Shown: positions 44,869-54,803 of the stretch, piece by piece
How positions within the stretch are numbered: position 1 is the stretch's first letter
Layout of the letters: every line of letters begins with the position of its first letter
Source of the DNA: a virus
IMG/VR virus record: IMGVR_UViG_3300047548_001261
Location: 17,896-81,895 of that record
Length of the DNA stretch: 64,000 nucleotides
Direction: 5' to 3' (one strand)
Made by a program: the position numbers and the translations under genes
Notes under the pieces: model-generated
The model's database searches: none
What the model was told of the DNA's origin: nothing
The model's input: the letters and a program-made list of their open reading frames with translations, nothing else

Positions 44869-45373
44869 CGATTACTCCCACGACTTCGACATAATACCCT
44901 TGGACAACTTCCCTTGTCGCCGTGTTGATAAGGGAAATTTGCTGGCGAGCGCACCGTAGATTATTCTTGGCAGTTATGTTACAAAGTACGCCTTTTATAA
45001 CACTGTGTATTTCTCCGTCGTTGGCCCCGCAAGAAAATATCCAACCTTGGCCAACTCCAAGTTGCCTGAAAATATTTGCGGACCGGTGTTGCCAACCACT
45101 TGGGTTACGCCTTCCACCTTTTTGTATACCGCCTGGGGTAGAAGGCAAAAAGGGTGCTGGTAAGTCAGGGTTTCTTTTCTCCAATGTGACTTTACAAATG
45201 TCCCAATTAACCCGCGAACCCTTGGGTTCACAAGAGACTGCGATAAAGTTTTGTACTGATAAGCGCTCGTAGGTGTTGACAAATTTCTGAGCCATGTCGC
45301 CAGGGCAGAAAAAGCTGTCCCCTTCTTTAAAAACCTCGCTGGGGTCGATCACCCCTAAATTTTTTAAATCCAC
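44849..45373 (-). CDS. Hypothetical protein
   Basis: 174 aa, abuts upstream gene. Confidence 0.6.
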   Translation of the reverse strand: MDLKNLGVIDPSEVFKEGDSFFCPGDMAQKFVNTYERLSVQNFIAVSCEPKGSRVNWDICKVTLEKRNPDLPAPFLPSTPGGIQKGGRRNPSGWQHRSANIFRQLGVGQGWIFSCGANDGEIHSVIKGVLCNITAKNNLRCARQQISLINTATREVVQGYYVEVVGVIDGGEQP

Positions 45374-45955
45374 TCACACCACCTTAAATACTTCAAAATT
45401 ATAGATTCGGTCGGGGACTCTTACGAGGTCCCCGACCGCTGGAAAAAGCTTTTTAAATAGCTCGTCTTCGTTATTAATGTCTTCGCAGGCAGTAATGTCA
45501 GCTTTGACTGCCGCAACCTTCATTGCCTCTATTGCAGATAAGAACGGGGGAGATTTAATCTCTACTGTACCAGACCCTTGGCTGCCTCCACCTACATCCC
45601 AAAACCTAACGGTAGTAATTAACTTCCTTGTGGTTACCCGCTTCCGATAGTAAATATTCTTTGGGGGTCGCTCCTGAATCTTCAGGTCGAAAACCTTTAC
45701 CAAGTTACCATCAAAGTTGGCGATGCCGACGTAATGGTCGAGGGTTATCAGCCCTGGGGTATCCTTTCCGTTCTCAACAGCCTTTTTACTGCTGAATTTA
45801 AGGTGAACCCTCTGGGACTGCTCTGCATCTGTAAATCCGTCGAACCACTGCAAAGCTTGCTTTGCCCCCTCCGGGTAGGGGTTGTCCCAAGAGTGTGCCC
45901 TGCCTTCCTTACATGCCAATTGGCCTTGTAGGTAGTATTGCCCACGGTTTCGCAT
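45374..45955 (-). CDS. Hypothetical protein with Rmf/CrpP-like N-terminus
   Basis: GGGGG RBS then MRNRGQYYLQGQLACKEG...NPYPEG...QWFDGF. Confidence 0.55.
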   Translation of the reverse strand: MRNRGQYYLQGQLACKEGRAHSWDNPYPEGAKQALQWFDGFTDAEQSQRVHLKFSSKKAVENGKDTPGLITLDHYVGIANFDGNLVKVFDLKIQERPPKNIYYRKRVTTRKLITTVRFWDVGGGSQGSGTVEIKSPPFLSAIEAMKVAAVKADITACEDINNEDELFKKLFPAVGDLVRVPDRIYNFEVFKVV

Positions 45956-45990
45956 TACACCCCCTAAAATGTGCATGTTACATATATTTT

Positions 45991-46005
45991 GATGTAATGT
46001 ACATC
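45991..46005. promoter_or_regulatory. Third GATGTA-N3-TACATC operator candidate
   Basis: tGATGTA-atg-TACATCa in the intergenic gap. Confidence 0.55.
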
Positions 46006-46504
46006 ATTTCTCACTGTCCGGCCAGCCCGCCTCAATCAAGTGCTGGATCACGTTGACAGCCGGAGGGTTTTCAGCAGCTTCCCAAGGGTCTTTGGGTAGG
46101 TATTTAACCAGTTCCGGAAATTGCTTGCTTATTTGCTGTGTAGAGCGGCATTTTGAAATGGCGCCAAGCAATTCTGCTTTTAGTGCTCTTGTTTTATCAA
46201 TTTGTGCGTTTAGAAGTTTCTGGATTTCGATCAGTTCTTTCTCGCATTCATCGGAAGGCTTTATATTGTAGGCGCCTTTTACTTGGATACCACAGAACAT
46301 ACCAACAGCCGTGCTCCGGACATAGAAGTTTCCGATGTACGGTTCGGTAAGGGGGTCGGAAATAAGTTCTTTGATGGTTTTCGGTATCTGCGCTTCAGCG
46401 TCTTTGCGTAGGAGGTCATCCGAGATGCTGTAATAGTTCACCTGCGCTGTATCTGCAAGGACTTTGTTTACAAAGTCCTCCTTCATTTGTTCTGTTAGTC
46501 TCAT
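46004..46504 (-). CDS. Nmad5-like protein
   Basis: MRLTEQMKEDFV...CRSTQQISKQFPELVKYLP pattern; AGGAG RBS. Confidence 0.6.
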   Translation of the reverse strand: MRLTEQMKEDFVNKVLADTAQVNYYSISDDLLRKDAEAQIPKTIKELISDPLTEPYIGNFYVRSTAVGMFCGIQVKGAYNIKPSDECEKELIEIQKLLNAQIDKTRALKAELLGAISKCRSTQQISKQFPELVKYLPKDPWEAAENPPAVNVIQHLIEAGWPDSEK

Positions 46505-46514
46505 TGTTGTTCTC

Positions 46515-47243
46515 CTAGTGGATGTTATTTATCAATACTGCTGCCATATCGCCTCCTAGTGGCAGAGTACTCCGCCACTTCTGATATTTGTCTATCTTAT
46601 GCTTAAACCCATGCACCTCTATTGAAACATTCTTTTGTCTCCCGTTGCAAAGGCCGCATTGATCACACGTTATCCCTTTATGTGACGGGCAGTCGATCTC
46701 TCCTGGCAATAGTGCTTCACCTTTATTACGAACACGGTAGGTTTTCCACCCTTGGCCTTGGTAAGCAATCGCTTCTTCCGGGGTGTCCGCTGACGCTTGG
46801 ACTAACCCTTTCAAGTCTGGGCGGGTTGCCGCTAAATGGGTATAACCGACCCACATCCTGGCTCTACTAACCAAATCATGAATGACCCCGGAATCAAATG
46901 TCATGTCCCCGTAAGCGCCAAGACGGATGCTTCGGTTATATCCCACTTTCTTTGGGTTCTCTGGAAGGTATTTACCTTCTTTGTAAGCTTTATACACGGC
47001 AGTCGGGCCTTGGGCGACATTGACGTAGCATGTGGAGCCTCTGTGGATACATGTGCCACAAATACTTTGATCCTCGCCTGATTTAACCGCTTCTATGGGT
47101 GGCGTATCTCTAAGTAAAGTGTAAACCTGTGCCATAGGGCCGGTCTTGCTGTTTCTGGACGGGTTCGTAAGCCCTGTGACGATTACGACCACGGGTTTAC
47201 CGTCGAATGTCGAGGGGCCTTCGTAGATTATTGAATTTAACAT
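46515..47243 (-). CDS. Cys-rich phage protein (possible metal / Fe-S binding)
   Basis: IYEGPS...NSKTG...CGTCIHR...CYV...RLGAYGD...CP...CDQCGLC. Confidence 0.7.
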   Translation of the reverse strand: MLNSIIYEGPSTFDGKPVVVIVTGLTNPSRNSKTGPMAQVYTLLRDTPPIEAVKSGEDQSICGTCIHRGSTCYVNVAQGPTAVYKAYKEGKYLPENPKKVGYNRSIRLGAYGDMTFDSGVIHDLVSRARMWVGYTHLAATRPDLKGLVQASADTPEEAIAYQGQGWKTYRVRNKGEALLPGEIDCPSHKGITCDQCGLCNGRQKNVSIEVHGFKHKIDKYQKWRSTLPLGGDMAAVLINNIH

Positions 47244-47244
47244 A

Positions 47245-47445
47245 TTATCTTCCTGTATTAACCACAAATTCGCCTAAACAAGCGTGGTCGTCGTTCTCCT
47301 CCCCAACTGCGTAAGCCGATACCACAAATTCCCTGTCGTGCCTTCTGATATAAATGGCTTCCCCATCGACTTCGATCCAAACACTTGTCTCGCCCTCTGC
47401 AAGCACATATTCGTTGCCGCCTTTATGTATTAAGGGTTGTTCCAT
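47245..47445 (-). CDS. Hypothetical protein
   Basis: 66 aa, GGGAG RBS. Confidence 0.6.
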   Translation of the reverse strand: MEQPLIHKGGNEYVLAEGETSVWIEVDGEAIYIRRHDREFVVSAYAVGEENDDHACLGEFVVNTGR

Positions 47446-47453
47446 AATCTTCC

Positions 47454-47996
47454 CTATTGGTGGTCTAAATCGAAATGGTTGATAATCACTTCCGAAGGCG
47501 CCTGTTTAAGCACACCTAAATTCGTAAAAGACCCCCAGTTTGCCGGCCCTGCGTCTTCAAAAGCCCCTTCTACAGCCTTCGCTATGGCATCGCCATTCAT
47601 CCATACTGGTAAGTTTTTGGTATCGATCTCATAGTAAAGGTCGACATTGACCTTCACCGTTACGGGTTTGCGGAGGGGTGTTTCAGGGTAGGTGTTCTCA
47701 ATACGCTTTCTCTGGGTCTCAGGGGCTTCTTTGGCAAGGTCTTCGTGGCTTGTGGCACATCCAAAACGTAAGGCATTAAACAACACCCCAACTTGCGAAG
47801 TAGCTTGCGATTTCTCGTATTGTTGAATTAAGCTGTCGAATGTTAATCCCAAATCTGCCTTGTAACACATCAAGTTCCAGACGTCATCCTCCCGATACGC
47901 ACCATCTAAAATGAAATGCTTGCGAAGGTTGTCTTGGAAAGTTCTGTAAACCCGCTCAGTGGCAAGAAATGTGTCCTTTGTTTCAAAATATTCCAT
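47454..47996 (-). CDS. Hypothetical protein
   Basis: Probable start MEYFETKD. Confidence 0.55.
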   Translation of the reverse strand: MEYFETKDTFLATERVYRTFQDNLRKHFILDGAYREDDVWNLMCYKADLGLTFDSLIQQYEKSQATSQVGVLFNALRFGCATSHEDLAKEAPETQRKRIENTYPETPLRKPVTVKVNVDLYYEIDTKNLPVWMNGDAIAKAVEGAFEDAGPANWGSFTNLGVLKQAPSEVIINHFDLDHQ

Positions 47997-48233
47997 CTCA
48001 ACCCCCTGTCGGCATGAGCCAAGCCACGCCGCCAATAAAAACCATAATGAAAAGTATCATGGTCCCAAGAACCAGCATGAAGTCGTTGAATTTGCCGAAT
48101 TTACTCATGGTTGTCCTCCTAAATCAATATACTCGCCGTCCCAACTTCTGTCAGGAGACTTCGCCTCAACATCAACATCAATCTCCCACCTTACTCTGTA
48201 CTCTGTCATAAATTTCCCCTTGAATGAACCTAT

Positions 48234-48263
48234 ATTATACTGGTTTACTGGCTAGTATGTCAA
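48234..48263 (-). promoter_or_regulatory. Consensus sigma70 early promoter
   Basis: TTGACA-18 bp-TATAAT. Confidence 0.85.
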
Positions 48264-48448
48264 GCCTGCTTAACTTTATTGGCCTTCTTGAAAAGCGGCT
48301 CCAACCCGCGCCCCCCTCTGCCCCTTGTGTCAAGGAAGGCAGGCTCACCTCGTAGCCAAGCCCCTTCGACGCAGTCCGCAGTTGTAAAGGCTGATCTGCG
48401 CCGAAGCTCGGCTAAGAGTTTTTGTTGTTTAGCTGTCAATGTCGCCAT
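48260..48448 (-). CDS. Hypothetical protein
   Basis: MATLTAKQQKLLAELRRR...; TGA stop inside the -35 box. Confidence 0.55.
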   Translation of the reverse strand: MATLTAKQQKLLAELRRRSAFTTADCVEGAWLRGEPAFLDTRGRGGRGLEPLFKKANKVKQA

Positions 48449-48450
48449 AG

Positions 48451-49086
48451 TTACCCTTCCCTCACAATCCGCATATACTTCGCCAACACCCACGATCCCC
48501 CCTGGTTCCCTGGCCTCTCGTGAACAGTAAAATCCCGATACTCGACCCTCGCCCATACCCTGGGTGCAACCTGTTTCAAGTGCGGGGCGTAGGGGCGCAA
48601 AAGGATATGCCAGCCTGGGCGGTGTGCGTACCCCTTGGTGGGGTGATCTTCGAATCGGTACTCTTCATCGAACTGAAGCCGCTGCTTTCGATTGATGAAG
48701 AGTGGACCTAGTGATCCGTCTTTACGCTGGTTGAAAAGCTTCCACCCGCACCCGAAAACCATAATGCGGGCTAAAGGGGTGTAGGATTTTTTAGTGCTTT
48801 CGTGCCAAACTCTTGGAGGCTCAAACGCCGTAATGCAATTAAGCATGTGGCAATACAATAGGACTTCATCATCGTGCCGGTTAAAAAAGTGTGTAGAGTA
48901 CAGTTCTGTGCCCCGGTTAACCAGAAGCGCCCTCGTCGCCACGGCTCCCAACTCTAAAGCGAAAGCCTCCGCTTCCTTGTAGGTTGTAGGGTTAAGAATC
49001 CCTTGGGGGACGTCATTAATTTGCATAATACCTCCAGCATCTACCGTCGTGTTTGCGGTAAAGGCGCGGGTTGCTGAACGCGCCAC
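48451..49086 (-). CDS. Hypothetical protein
   Basis: C-terminal KLFNQRKDGSLGPLFIN...HPTKGYAHRPGWH; start uncertain. Confidence 0.6.
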   Translation of the reverse strand: MARSATRAFTANTTVDAGGIMQINDVPQGILNPTTYKEAEAFALELGAVATRALLVNRGTELYSTHFFNRHDDEVLLYCHMLNCITAFEPPRVWHESTKKSYTPLARIMVFGCGWKLFNQRKDGSLGPLFINRKQRLQFDEEYRFEDHPTKGYAHRPGWHILLRPYAPHLKQVAPRVWARVEYRDFTVHERPGNQGGSWVLAKYMRIVREG

Positions 49087-49160
49087 CCCTGTAAAACTGT
49101 GTCTTTGTAATTCTCATTTCTTCGGTTCCGTAAAAACATATTCAATAGCCGAGTGTTGTT

Positions 49161-49418
49161 TCATTTGAAGCCTCCAGGACCCCACACCTTATCGATACGG
49201 TACGCGCCGATGTAAGAGCCTTCGCAACCTATCTTGGAAGACTCGTAAATATGGCAACCAAACTGATTGGATATGCCTCTTGCGGTTGCCGTCGATGTAG
49301 GCTCGTATTTGTTTATACGTACAATCGGCACATGTTCTTTGACCAACTCAAGGAACTCCTCCGGTAACTCGTCCCCGTGCTGTAAACCGTCAAGTATTTC
49401 TATCATTCGCTCTTTCAT
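49161..49418 (-). CDS. Hypothetical protein
   Basis: GAGGAGGA RBS then MKERMIEILDG. Confidence 0.6.
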   Translation of the reverse strand: MKERMIEILDGLQHGDELPEEFLELVKEHVPIVRINKYEPTSTATARGISNQFGCHIYESSKIGCEGSYIGAYRIDKVWGPGGFK

Positions 49419-49473
49419 GGATGTATCCTCCTCGAACTCACAACAACCTCGATTAAATTTTACGCATTTCACG

Positions 49474-49989
49474 TTAAGCTCCCTCAGGCCATGTTTCAAA
49501 AGTCGCCCCGGACAAATAACTGCGCCGAGCGTTAAAAGGGTTTCCGTTCCGGTCTTCACCGAGAAACCTGTCTTTTTCGTACAACCTGACAACCTTCAGG
49601 CACTTACAAACGTACCCGTCGTTAAGCCCGTAAATAACTCCTGGCTTAATCTCCAGCTTCTTTACGTTGGCGCGGTGGATGACCTCGTCGCGCCAGGGTT
49701 GGTTAACGAAATCTGTGACCATGTCGAAATACTTGAGAGGGCACGAGTAATAATACGGGCCGCAAGATTCATCCATTGACTTGTATCCCCAACCTTCCTC
49801 AAACTTTTGCAGTAGATCGCACCCGATGTACTTGAAAGGTTGCCTACCATCTTTTGGAGTCACTTGCCAAACAGCCCAGAGCACATTTCCGCGTAAACAG
49901 TGTGTAAGGCACTCTCTGTGCTCCTCGTTCTTTGTTAAACCCTTGATTAAATCTTTCCTGGTATTTCCAGGATAAACTGACCAGCCCAT
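49474..49989 (-). CDS. DUF6927-like protein
   Basis: MGW...GNVLWAV...WGYKSMDESCGPYYYSCP. Confidence 0.65.
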   Translation of the reverse strand: MGWSVYPGNTRKDLIKGLTKNEEHRECLTHCLRGNVLWAVWQVTPKDGRQPFKYIGCDLLQKFEEGWGYKSMDESCGPYYYSCPLKYFDMVTDFVNQPWRDEVIHRANVKKLEIKPGVIYGLNDGYVCKCLKVVRLYEKDRFLGEDRNGNPFNARRSYLSGATFETWPEGA

Positions 49990-50000
49990 TTTTAGTTCCC

Positions 50001-50266
50001 CTAAGAATATTGGTTATGGAGTTTTTCGAGCGCTTCTATCAGCTCTCGGTACGGCTTTGCCCTTTTCTTTAAGGGTTCACTGGCGTTCTCGAGAAGTTCA
50101 TCGATTTCCTCCAGCAACCCTTCCAGGTCCCCCCCTCTTCCTGCTCATCTTCTTCTGGTTCATCCACGCGTTCCATAAGAATCTTGCAAAGCAGCTCGGA
50201 TGGCTGCTCTCGTAGCAATTCTTCATTGGTCATGCCGCGTAAAACAGATTCGCTAAATGTGTTCAT
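50001..50266 (-). CDS. Hypothetical protein with apparent frameshift at a C7 run (50129-50135)
   Basis: MNTFSESVLR...EEG continues in another frame as DLEGLLEEIDELLENA...HNQYS*. Confidence 0.45.
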
Positions 50267-50267
50267 C

Positions 50268-50771
50268 TCAGATCAACCCGTGTTCGCTAAAAGAGTAAGT
50301 CTCCATCCCGCCGACAATAATGTGGTCGAGCACGGTCATGTCGAACATATTGCAGCACTCTTTGAGTTTGGCCGTAATTGTTTTGTCGGCTTGGCTCGGC
50401 TCCGCTGTACCAGACGGGTGGTTGTGGGCAAAGATTAAAGCCTTTGCGTTGTGTTTCAATGCTTGCTTAACCACTTCCCGTGGGTAAACGCTGGCGCCGT
50501 CTATCGTCCCGCTGAACAGGGTTTCTACTTCGATAAGCTGGTGCTTCGTGTTGAGGTACAGGGCGATGAAGTGCTCCCTATCTTCTTGGGCCAGCTTTAA
50601 AGTGAGGTAGTTTTTAACAATATCTGGTGACGTGAACGCCTCGAGATCGGTGTGAATTCGTTTTTCTTTGAGTTCGGCTTCAAGGTATTTAAGTGCGCGT
50701 TCCACTATAGTGGAAGGTTTTTTCGTTGCGGCGTAAGCTGCCTCGTCCGAGGATTTGATTGCATTTTTCAT
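50268..50771 (-). CDS. radC: RadC-like JAB-domain protein
   Basis: REHFIALYLN, GTIDGASVYPREVVK, HNHPSG, EPSQAD, LDHIIVG. Confidence 0.92.
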   Translation of the reverse strand: MKNAIKSSDEAAYAATKKPSTIVERALKYLEAELKEKRIHTDLEAFTSPDIVKNYLTLKLAQEDREHFIALYLNTKHQLIEVETLFSGTIDGASVYPREVVKQALKHNAKALIFAHNHPSGTAEPSQADKTITAKLKECCNMFDMTVLDHIIVGGMETYSFSEHGLI

Positions 50772-51064
50772 GGTTGTTCCCCTAGTGGACGGAAGTTGCG
50801 TAAATAGGCTTCGTAAAGCTTTGACTTGTAAGTCTCCGAATCCGTATCGTAGTAAGCACCCGATTGCATGAACTGCTCATAGATAAGCTCCTTTTCTTCC
50901 CAAACTTCTTGGTTGTCTGGGAGCTTATCTATCCACCTGGAGAATTGCGACCACAACATCGGGTGGCGCTTTATGTTCTTTATTAAAGCTTGCTTGGTCA
51001 CACCTTTCTTAACTAGGTCGAGGAAGGTTTCATTTATTTCGGCTATTTGTGTTGGCTTTTCCAT
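50768..51064 (-). CDS. Hypothetical protein
   Basis: GGAG RBS downstream of a promoter. Confidence 0.6.
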   Translation of the reverse strand: MEKPTQIAEINETFLDLVKKGVTKQALIKNIKRHPMLWSQFSRWIDKLPDNQEVWEEKELIYEQFMQSGAYYDTDSETYKSKLYEAYLRNFRPLGEQP

Positions 51065-51089
51065 AGTTTTCTCCAATTTGTTAGATTAC

Positions 51090-51119
51090 ATTATACTGAT
51101 TATTAAGGTTGTATGTCAA
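51090..51119 (-). promoter_or_regulatory. Consensus sigma70 early promoter
   Basis: TTGACA-18 bp-TATAAT. Confidence 0.85.
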
Positions 51120-51355
51120 GTGAGCCAATTTAATTTGGATTCGTCGCCCTCTGTCTCTAAATCTTTCTGAGGAAATTCCATAGGAATAACCCGGTAATTC
51201 ACTACGTCTTGAACTGGCCACACCACGTCTACTTTGCGCTGACAGTACGAGGATAGCTGCCAGTGTGTTCGCTTATAGTTAAGCCTACCTATGCGGATGT
51301 TGCCGTTCGCATGTTGGATAACACAATCTACGAGGGGATTTGGCAAGGGGTTCAT
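51116..51355 (-). CDS. Hypothetical protein
   Basis: 79 aa; AAGGA RBS. Confidence 0.6.
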   Translation of the reverse strand: MNPLPNPLVDCVIQHANGNIRIGRLNYKRTHWQLSSYCQRKVDVVWPVQDVVNYRVIPMEFPQKDLETEGDESKLNWLT

Positions 51356-51356
51356 T

Positions 51357-51719
51357 TCAGTTTTCCTTTAAATCTGTAAACCCAACCAGTCGGTAAATAT
51401 CCTCCCAGGTTGCGTCACAGACATTACATTTAACTTCCACCCTCCCTTGGGTTTCGCCATCGAAAGCCCCAAAAATTCCAGCTATGTCGTGATCCCCACA
51501 AGCAGGGCAACGCATGTCGGTAAGGTACTTTTCTTGTTTGGGGTCAATAGGTTGCTCCAGGAGTGTGTTGATTACTGCGCAAGCGGTAACCTGTTCGTTA
51601 CGTTGGTTCATGAGTTCTGGGTCTTCCTCGGCGAAATTCTCATCCAGGATATTGTCGTATGCCAGTTCAAGGACAACGTTTAAGGCTTTCAGGATTTCAG
51701 GTGTTAATTCAATAATCAT
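51357..51719 (-). CDS. Zn-ribbon hypothetical protein
   Basis: MIIELTPE...CPACG...CNVC. Confidence 0.6.
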   Translation of the reverse strand: MIIELTPEILKALNVVLELAYDNILDENFAEEDPELMNQRNEQVTACAVINTLLEQPIDPKQEKYLTDMRCPACGDHDIAGIFGAFDGETQGRVEVKCNVCDATWEDIYRLVGFTDLKEN

Positions 51720-51803
51720 TCTGTAATCCCCTAGTGGACGGTGTGTGTGATATTTTCTTGAGCAGCACCACAAGCAGCGCCGCTATCAAACCTAAATTAT
51801 TCT

Positions 51804-52028
51804 TCATGATTTATACCTCTTTACAACTCTATGGTTAAAAAATCGCCTGATTATGTAATTTCTCACAATCGAGATTGCCGTAAATATCAGCACGATCTGT
51901 GCGTGTTGCGAGACTGTTGCGTGGAACCCGTACATCGGGAAGACCACGGCTTGGGCGGCCATTGAAATGAGAACCGCCACGAGCGTGTTCAGTAGGGTTT
52001 CTACGAGGGATTCTATTCGGGTTTGCAT
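51804..52028 (-). CDS. Small membrane protein
   Basis: Two hydrophobic helices; GGAG RBS. Confidence 0.7.
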   Translation of the reverse strand: MQTRIESLVETLLNTLVAVLISMAAQAVVFPMYGFHATVSQHAQIVLIFTAISIVRNYIIRRFFNHRVVKRYKS

Positions 52029-52087
52029 GTTTCTCCGGCTCCAGGATGTTTTCGTTTCGTTCTAAGGTTTTCAGGGTGTTTAATAGT

Positions 52088-52489
52088 TCATGCGCCATTG
52101 AGCACCTCCTCACAAACAGTCACCCACAAATTTTCGTCGCTATGATTTGCGTCCCAAGTGAGGGTGGCGTCGTGCGCCGTAACTGTAAGGTTCGGACCCC
52201 TCCATGTAATTTCGTACTCCATAGGGTCGAAACAGTAGGGTTCCGGCTCTCCGCCTTCCTCTTCGGTGTATCTTGCAACTTCTTCCTCGCCTTCTTCGGC
52301 AGGGCTAATGAATCCCGCGCCTTCAGGCTCCCCGACATAATAAAAGGTGATGGAATGAGCACCTGCCGCAACCAGTGCTGCCCGGCCTTTGGCGATTACT
52401 TCTTTATATGCCCCCACAGCTTGTAAGTAGAGTTCGGGCGTGGGACACCATTCCGCGTTGTCGGATGCGGGTGTTACGATTTTGTTCAT
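52088..52489 (-). CDS. Hypothetical acidic protein
   Basis: 133 aa, GGAG RBS. Confidence 0.6.
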   Translation of the reverse strand: MNKIVTPASDNAEWCPTPELYLQAVGAYKEVIAKGRAALVAAGAHSITFYYVGEPEGAGFISPAEEGEEEVARYTEEEGGEPEPYCFDPMEYEITWRGPNLTVTAHDATLTWDANHSDENLWVTVCEEVLNGA

Positions 52490-52692
52490 GATAGTTCTCC
52501 GTGTTTGTAGGCGTCGGAAAAGACTTCCGCCGCTATACAGTAAAGTTTTTGCGTTTCATATTCTTCACCGCGCGGAGATGTCCAGAAAAACGAGTCGTGG
52601 ACTGATCTCACTACCCAGCCTGCTTGAATAAGCCCCTCCACAAAATCTTGAGGAGTGCGTATTTTCATACCGTCATTTGTTTCCTCTAGCAT
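52486..52692 (-). CDS. Hypothetical protein
   Basis: 68 aa, GAGGA RBS. Confidence 0.55.
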   Translation of the reverse strand: MLEETNDGMKIRTPQDFVEGLIQAGWVVRSVHDSFFWTSPRGEEYETQKLYCIAAEVFSDAYKHGELS

Positions 52693-52715
52693 GTGTAAAT
52701 CCTCTATAAAATTGA

Positions 52716-53571
52716 TTAAGAAATTTGCGCCAACTGTGCAGCCAAAGAGTCAGGGTCTTTAAGCCTTTTCATGGCTTCCGCTAAAGCCCAAAGCGCCTTA
52801 TTGATCCCTACGTTTGCCTGTATCGCGTTGATTGGGCGGGTAGTGGTGCGCTTATTTTTCTCTGTGCGACCAGAAAGCCCGCCTTTGACAAGGTGTTCCT
52901 GGACTTTGTTAAATGTTGACCACAAGGTTCCGTTATTGTCTTCCTTGCGCCGAGGGCGTAGCAGTTGCTCTGCTGTGATCGGCGCAAGGTTAGGGTTTTC
53001 GTATTTCAACGTCATCGCGCTATTGGCGAAGATCAATTGTTCTTGTGGGAGAAGTTCGATGCTGCGCATCTCTTCACGAGACTCTTTAATACGGTCAAAA
53101 TTGTGTAGCAAAGTAAAAGCACCGGCTATGTAGGACTCCACGATGTCGCCAGTGTGCCGAACCTTAATTTCTTCAAGAAGTTCCCCGGTCACAAGGCCAT
53201 TAAAACAAGCGAACTCCACCCAACCGCCAATAAGTGTGGCGGCAGAACTGCCGTCGGAGCTGCCTGTGGCTATCAATTCCGGTGCGCCACCTCTTAATGA
53301 TTGTGTGGATTCGTGGCGAAAGCGGACACAAAACCGGGCGTGCTCAAATTTTCCTTCCATTTTAGGTTGTGCTTGTGCCACCGCAAATGGGTGGAAGCCT
53401 TCTTTCCGCATCCCGTTAAGGATTTTGGTGAAGGGGGATAAATGTGTACTTGTCGGATGTGCCTTCGTAACGGTGTTCGGCAAGAATGGCGGGGCATTTT
53501 GCCCGGATTTCTTCGTCAGTGATTGGTCTGTTTGATTTGATTTGGGCTGAACCCAACTTAAAGCTTCTCAT
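52716..53571 (-). CDS. DUF932/DUF945 family protein, frameshifted at a G5 run (53433-53437)
   Basis: N-terminus RPITDEEIRAKCPAIL...SDKYTFIP in one frame; FTKILNGMRKEGFHPF...SSDGSSA...ACFNGLV...LWSTFNKVQEHLVKGG in the next. Confidence 0.8.
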
Positions 53572-53608
53572 GTTAATTCCCCTAATGGGTTGTTTTTATT
53601 TAGGTTAT

Positions 53609-53638
53609 ATTATACTGCTTTTACAGCCAGTATGTCAA
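53609..53638 (-). promoter_or_regulatory. Consensus sigma70 early promoter
   Basis: TTGACA-18 bp-TATAAT. Confidence 0.85.
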
Positions 53639-54080
53639 GTCGGCTCAATAGTCAAGCTAACTCAGTTAGCATCCATATTTAAGCCCCAAAATTTTGGTGA
53701 CGGTGATACCTATAATCAGCCCGGCGACCGCAGCGGCTGCGACAAGTTTTTTTTTGCCTTTAATTCGCCCTGTACTTTTTGGGCGTAGACAAAATCGAGT
53801 TGACTGCGCAATAGCGCGGCTTGGTTTGTTAGTTTCATAATGAGTTGGTTTGTTGGGGTTAGGTGGTCGATCATGGCGGCTCAGTTGAGTTTTCCTGATT
53901 GGGTTGTTATGGAGCGCAAATAGTCCTCTGTGGCGGGCATGTCGAGATTTTTTGTATCTATCCACACGCGGATTGCGTGCTGGACAAACTCGCCTAAGCG
54001 TTCGGCTTCGGTGTTTGGGTTTGCTGCGGTAATGGTGTCCCCCCAGCAGGGGCAGTATGAGTCCATTCTCAAATCCTCCC

Positions 54081-54377
54081 TTAGGGGAAGTTTTTGATTA
54101 TCAATTCGATTATTGGTTTGTTGGTTTTCCACCAAGCCAGAACCTTTTCATCCATCTCCGCAATACGCACATCTTCAAAAGACATCCAGTCGGCAATAGG
54201 GTGTTGTTGGTTCCCTATTGCCATTACGTCCTTCGTTAGCACAGTCAACCAAGTGCCCAACTGGACGGTTTTTATTTCTTTGTTGTTACCTATGCTTTGG
54301 CGAAGGTTGGCCCCGGAAAGGTTGGCCCCGGAAAGGTTGGCCTCGGGTTCTATTTTGTAGCCATTTATAACTTTCAT
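54081..54377 (-). CDS. Pentapeptide-repeat protein
   Basis: ANLSGANLSGANL; AGGAG RBS. Confidence 0.8.
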   Translation of the reverse strand: MKVINGYKIEPEANLSGANLSGANLRQSIGNNKEIKTVQLGTWLTVLTKDVMAIGNQQHPIADWMSFEDVRIAEMDEKVLAWWKTNKPIIELIIKNFP

Positions 54378-54400
54378 GATCTATCTCCTAGTGGAAGTTT

Positions 54401-54703
54401 TTAATAACAAGCCCGTCTATAAGCCTTTGTTTTAAAATACTTTTTAGGCTTGCGGTTTGGGTTAAGCCTGCTCTTTCTGGCCAGGTTAAATTTAGGCTTG
54501 CGGTTTGGGTTGCGGTTTGGGTTAAGCCAGTTCTTTCTGGACAGGCTAATTTCGTGCATGTAAAAATCTTTGAACGTGCCGGGGTCGATGAATTGCCGGA
54601 GTTCAAAAACCTCGTAGTCATCGTCCACCAACTTCTGGCCTTCGTCGGCAAGAAAGATGCCTACCAGGTTTTCGGGACTTGGTGGGCAGGGTGTCAGATT
54701 CAT
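54401..54703 (-). CDS. Hypothetical protein with basic repeated C-terminus
   Basis: MNLTPCPP...LNPNRNPNRKPK...LNPNRKPK, encoded by an imperfect DNA duplication at ~54444-54551. Confidence 0.5.
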   Translation of the reverse strand: MNLTPCPPSPENLVGIFLADEGQKLVDDDYEVFELRQFIDPGTFKDFYMHEISLSRKNWLNPNRNPNRKPKFNLARKSRLNPNRKPKKYFKTKAYRRACY

Positions 54704-54803
54704 GTCATACACCACAAGATGATTAAGGCCATTGCCGCGAGGCAAAGGCCGATGATTGCTTGGTGTTCTGGTTCGCGCTCTGGTCTGTTCATGGCTAAAC
54801 TCC

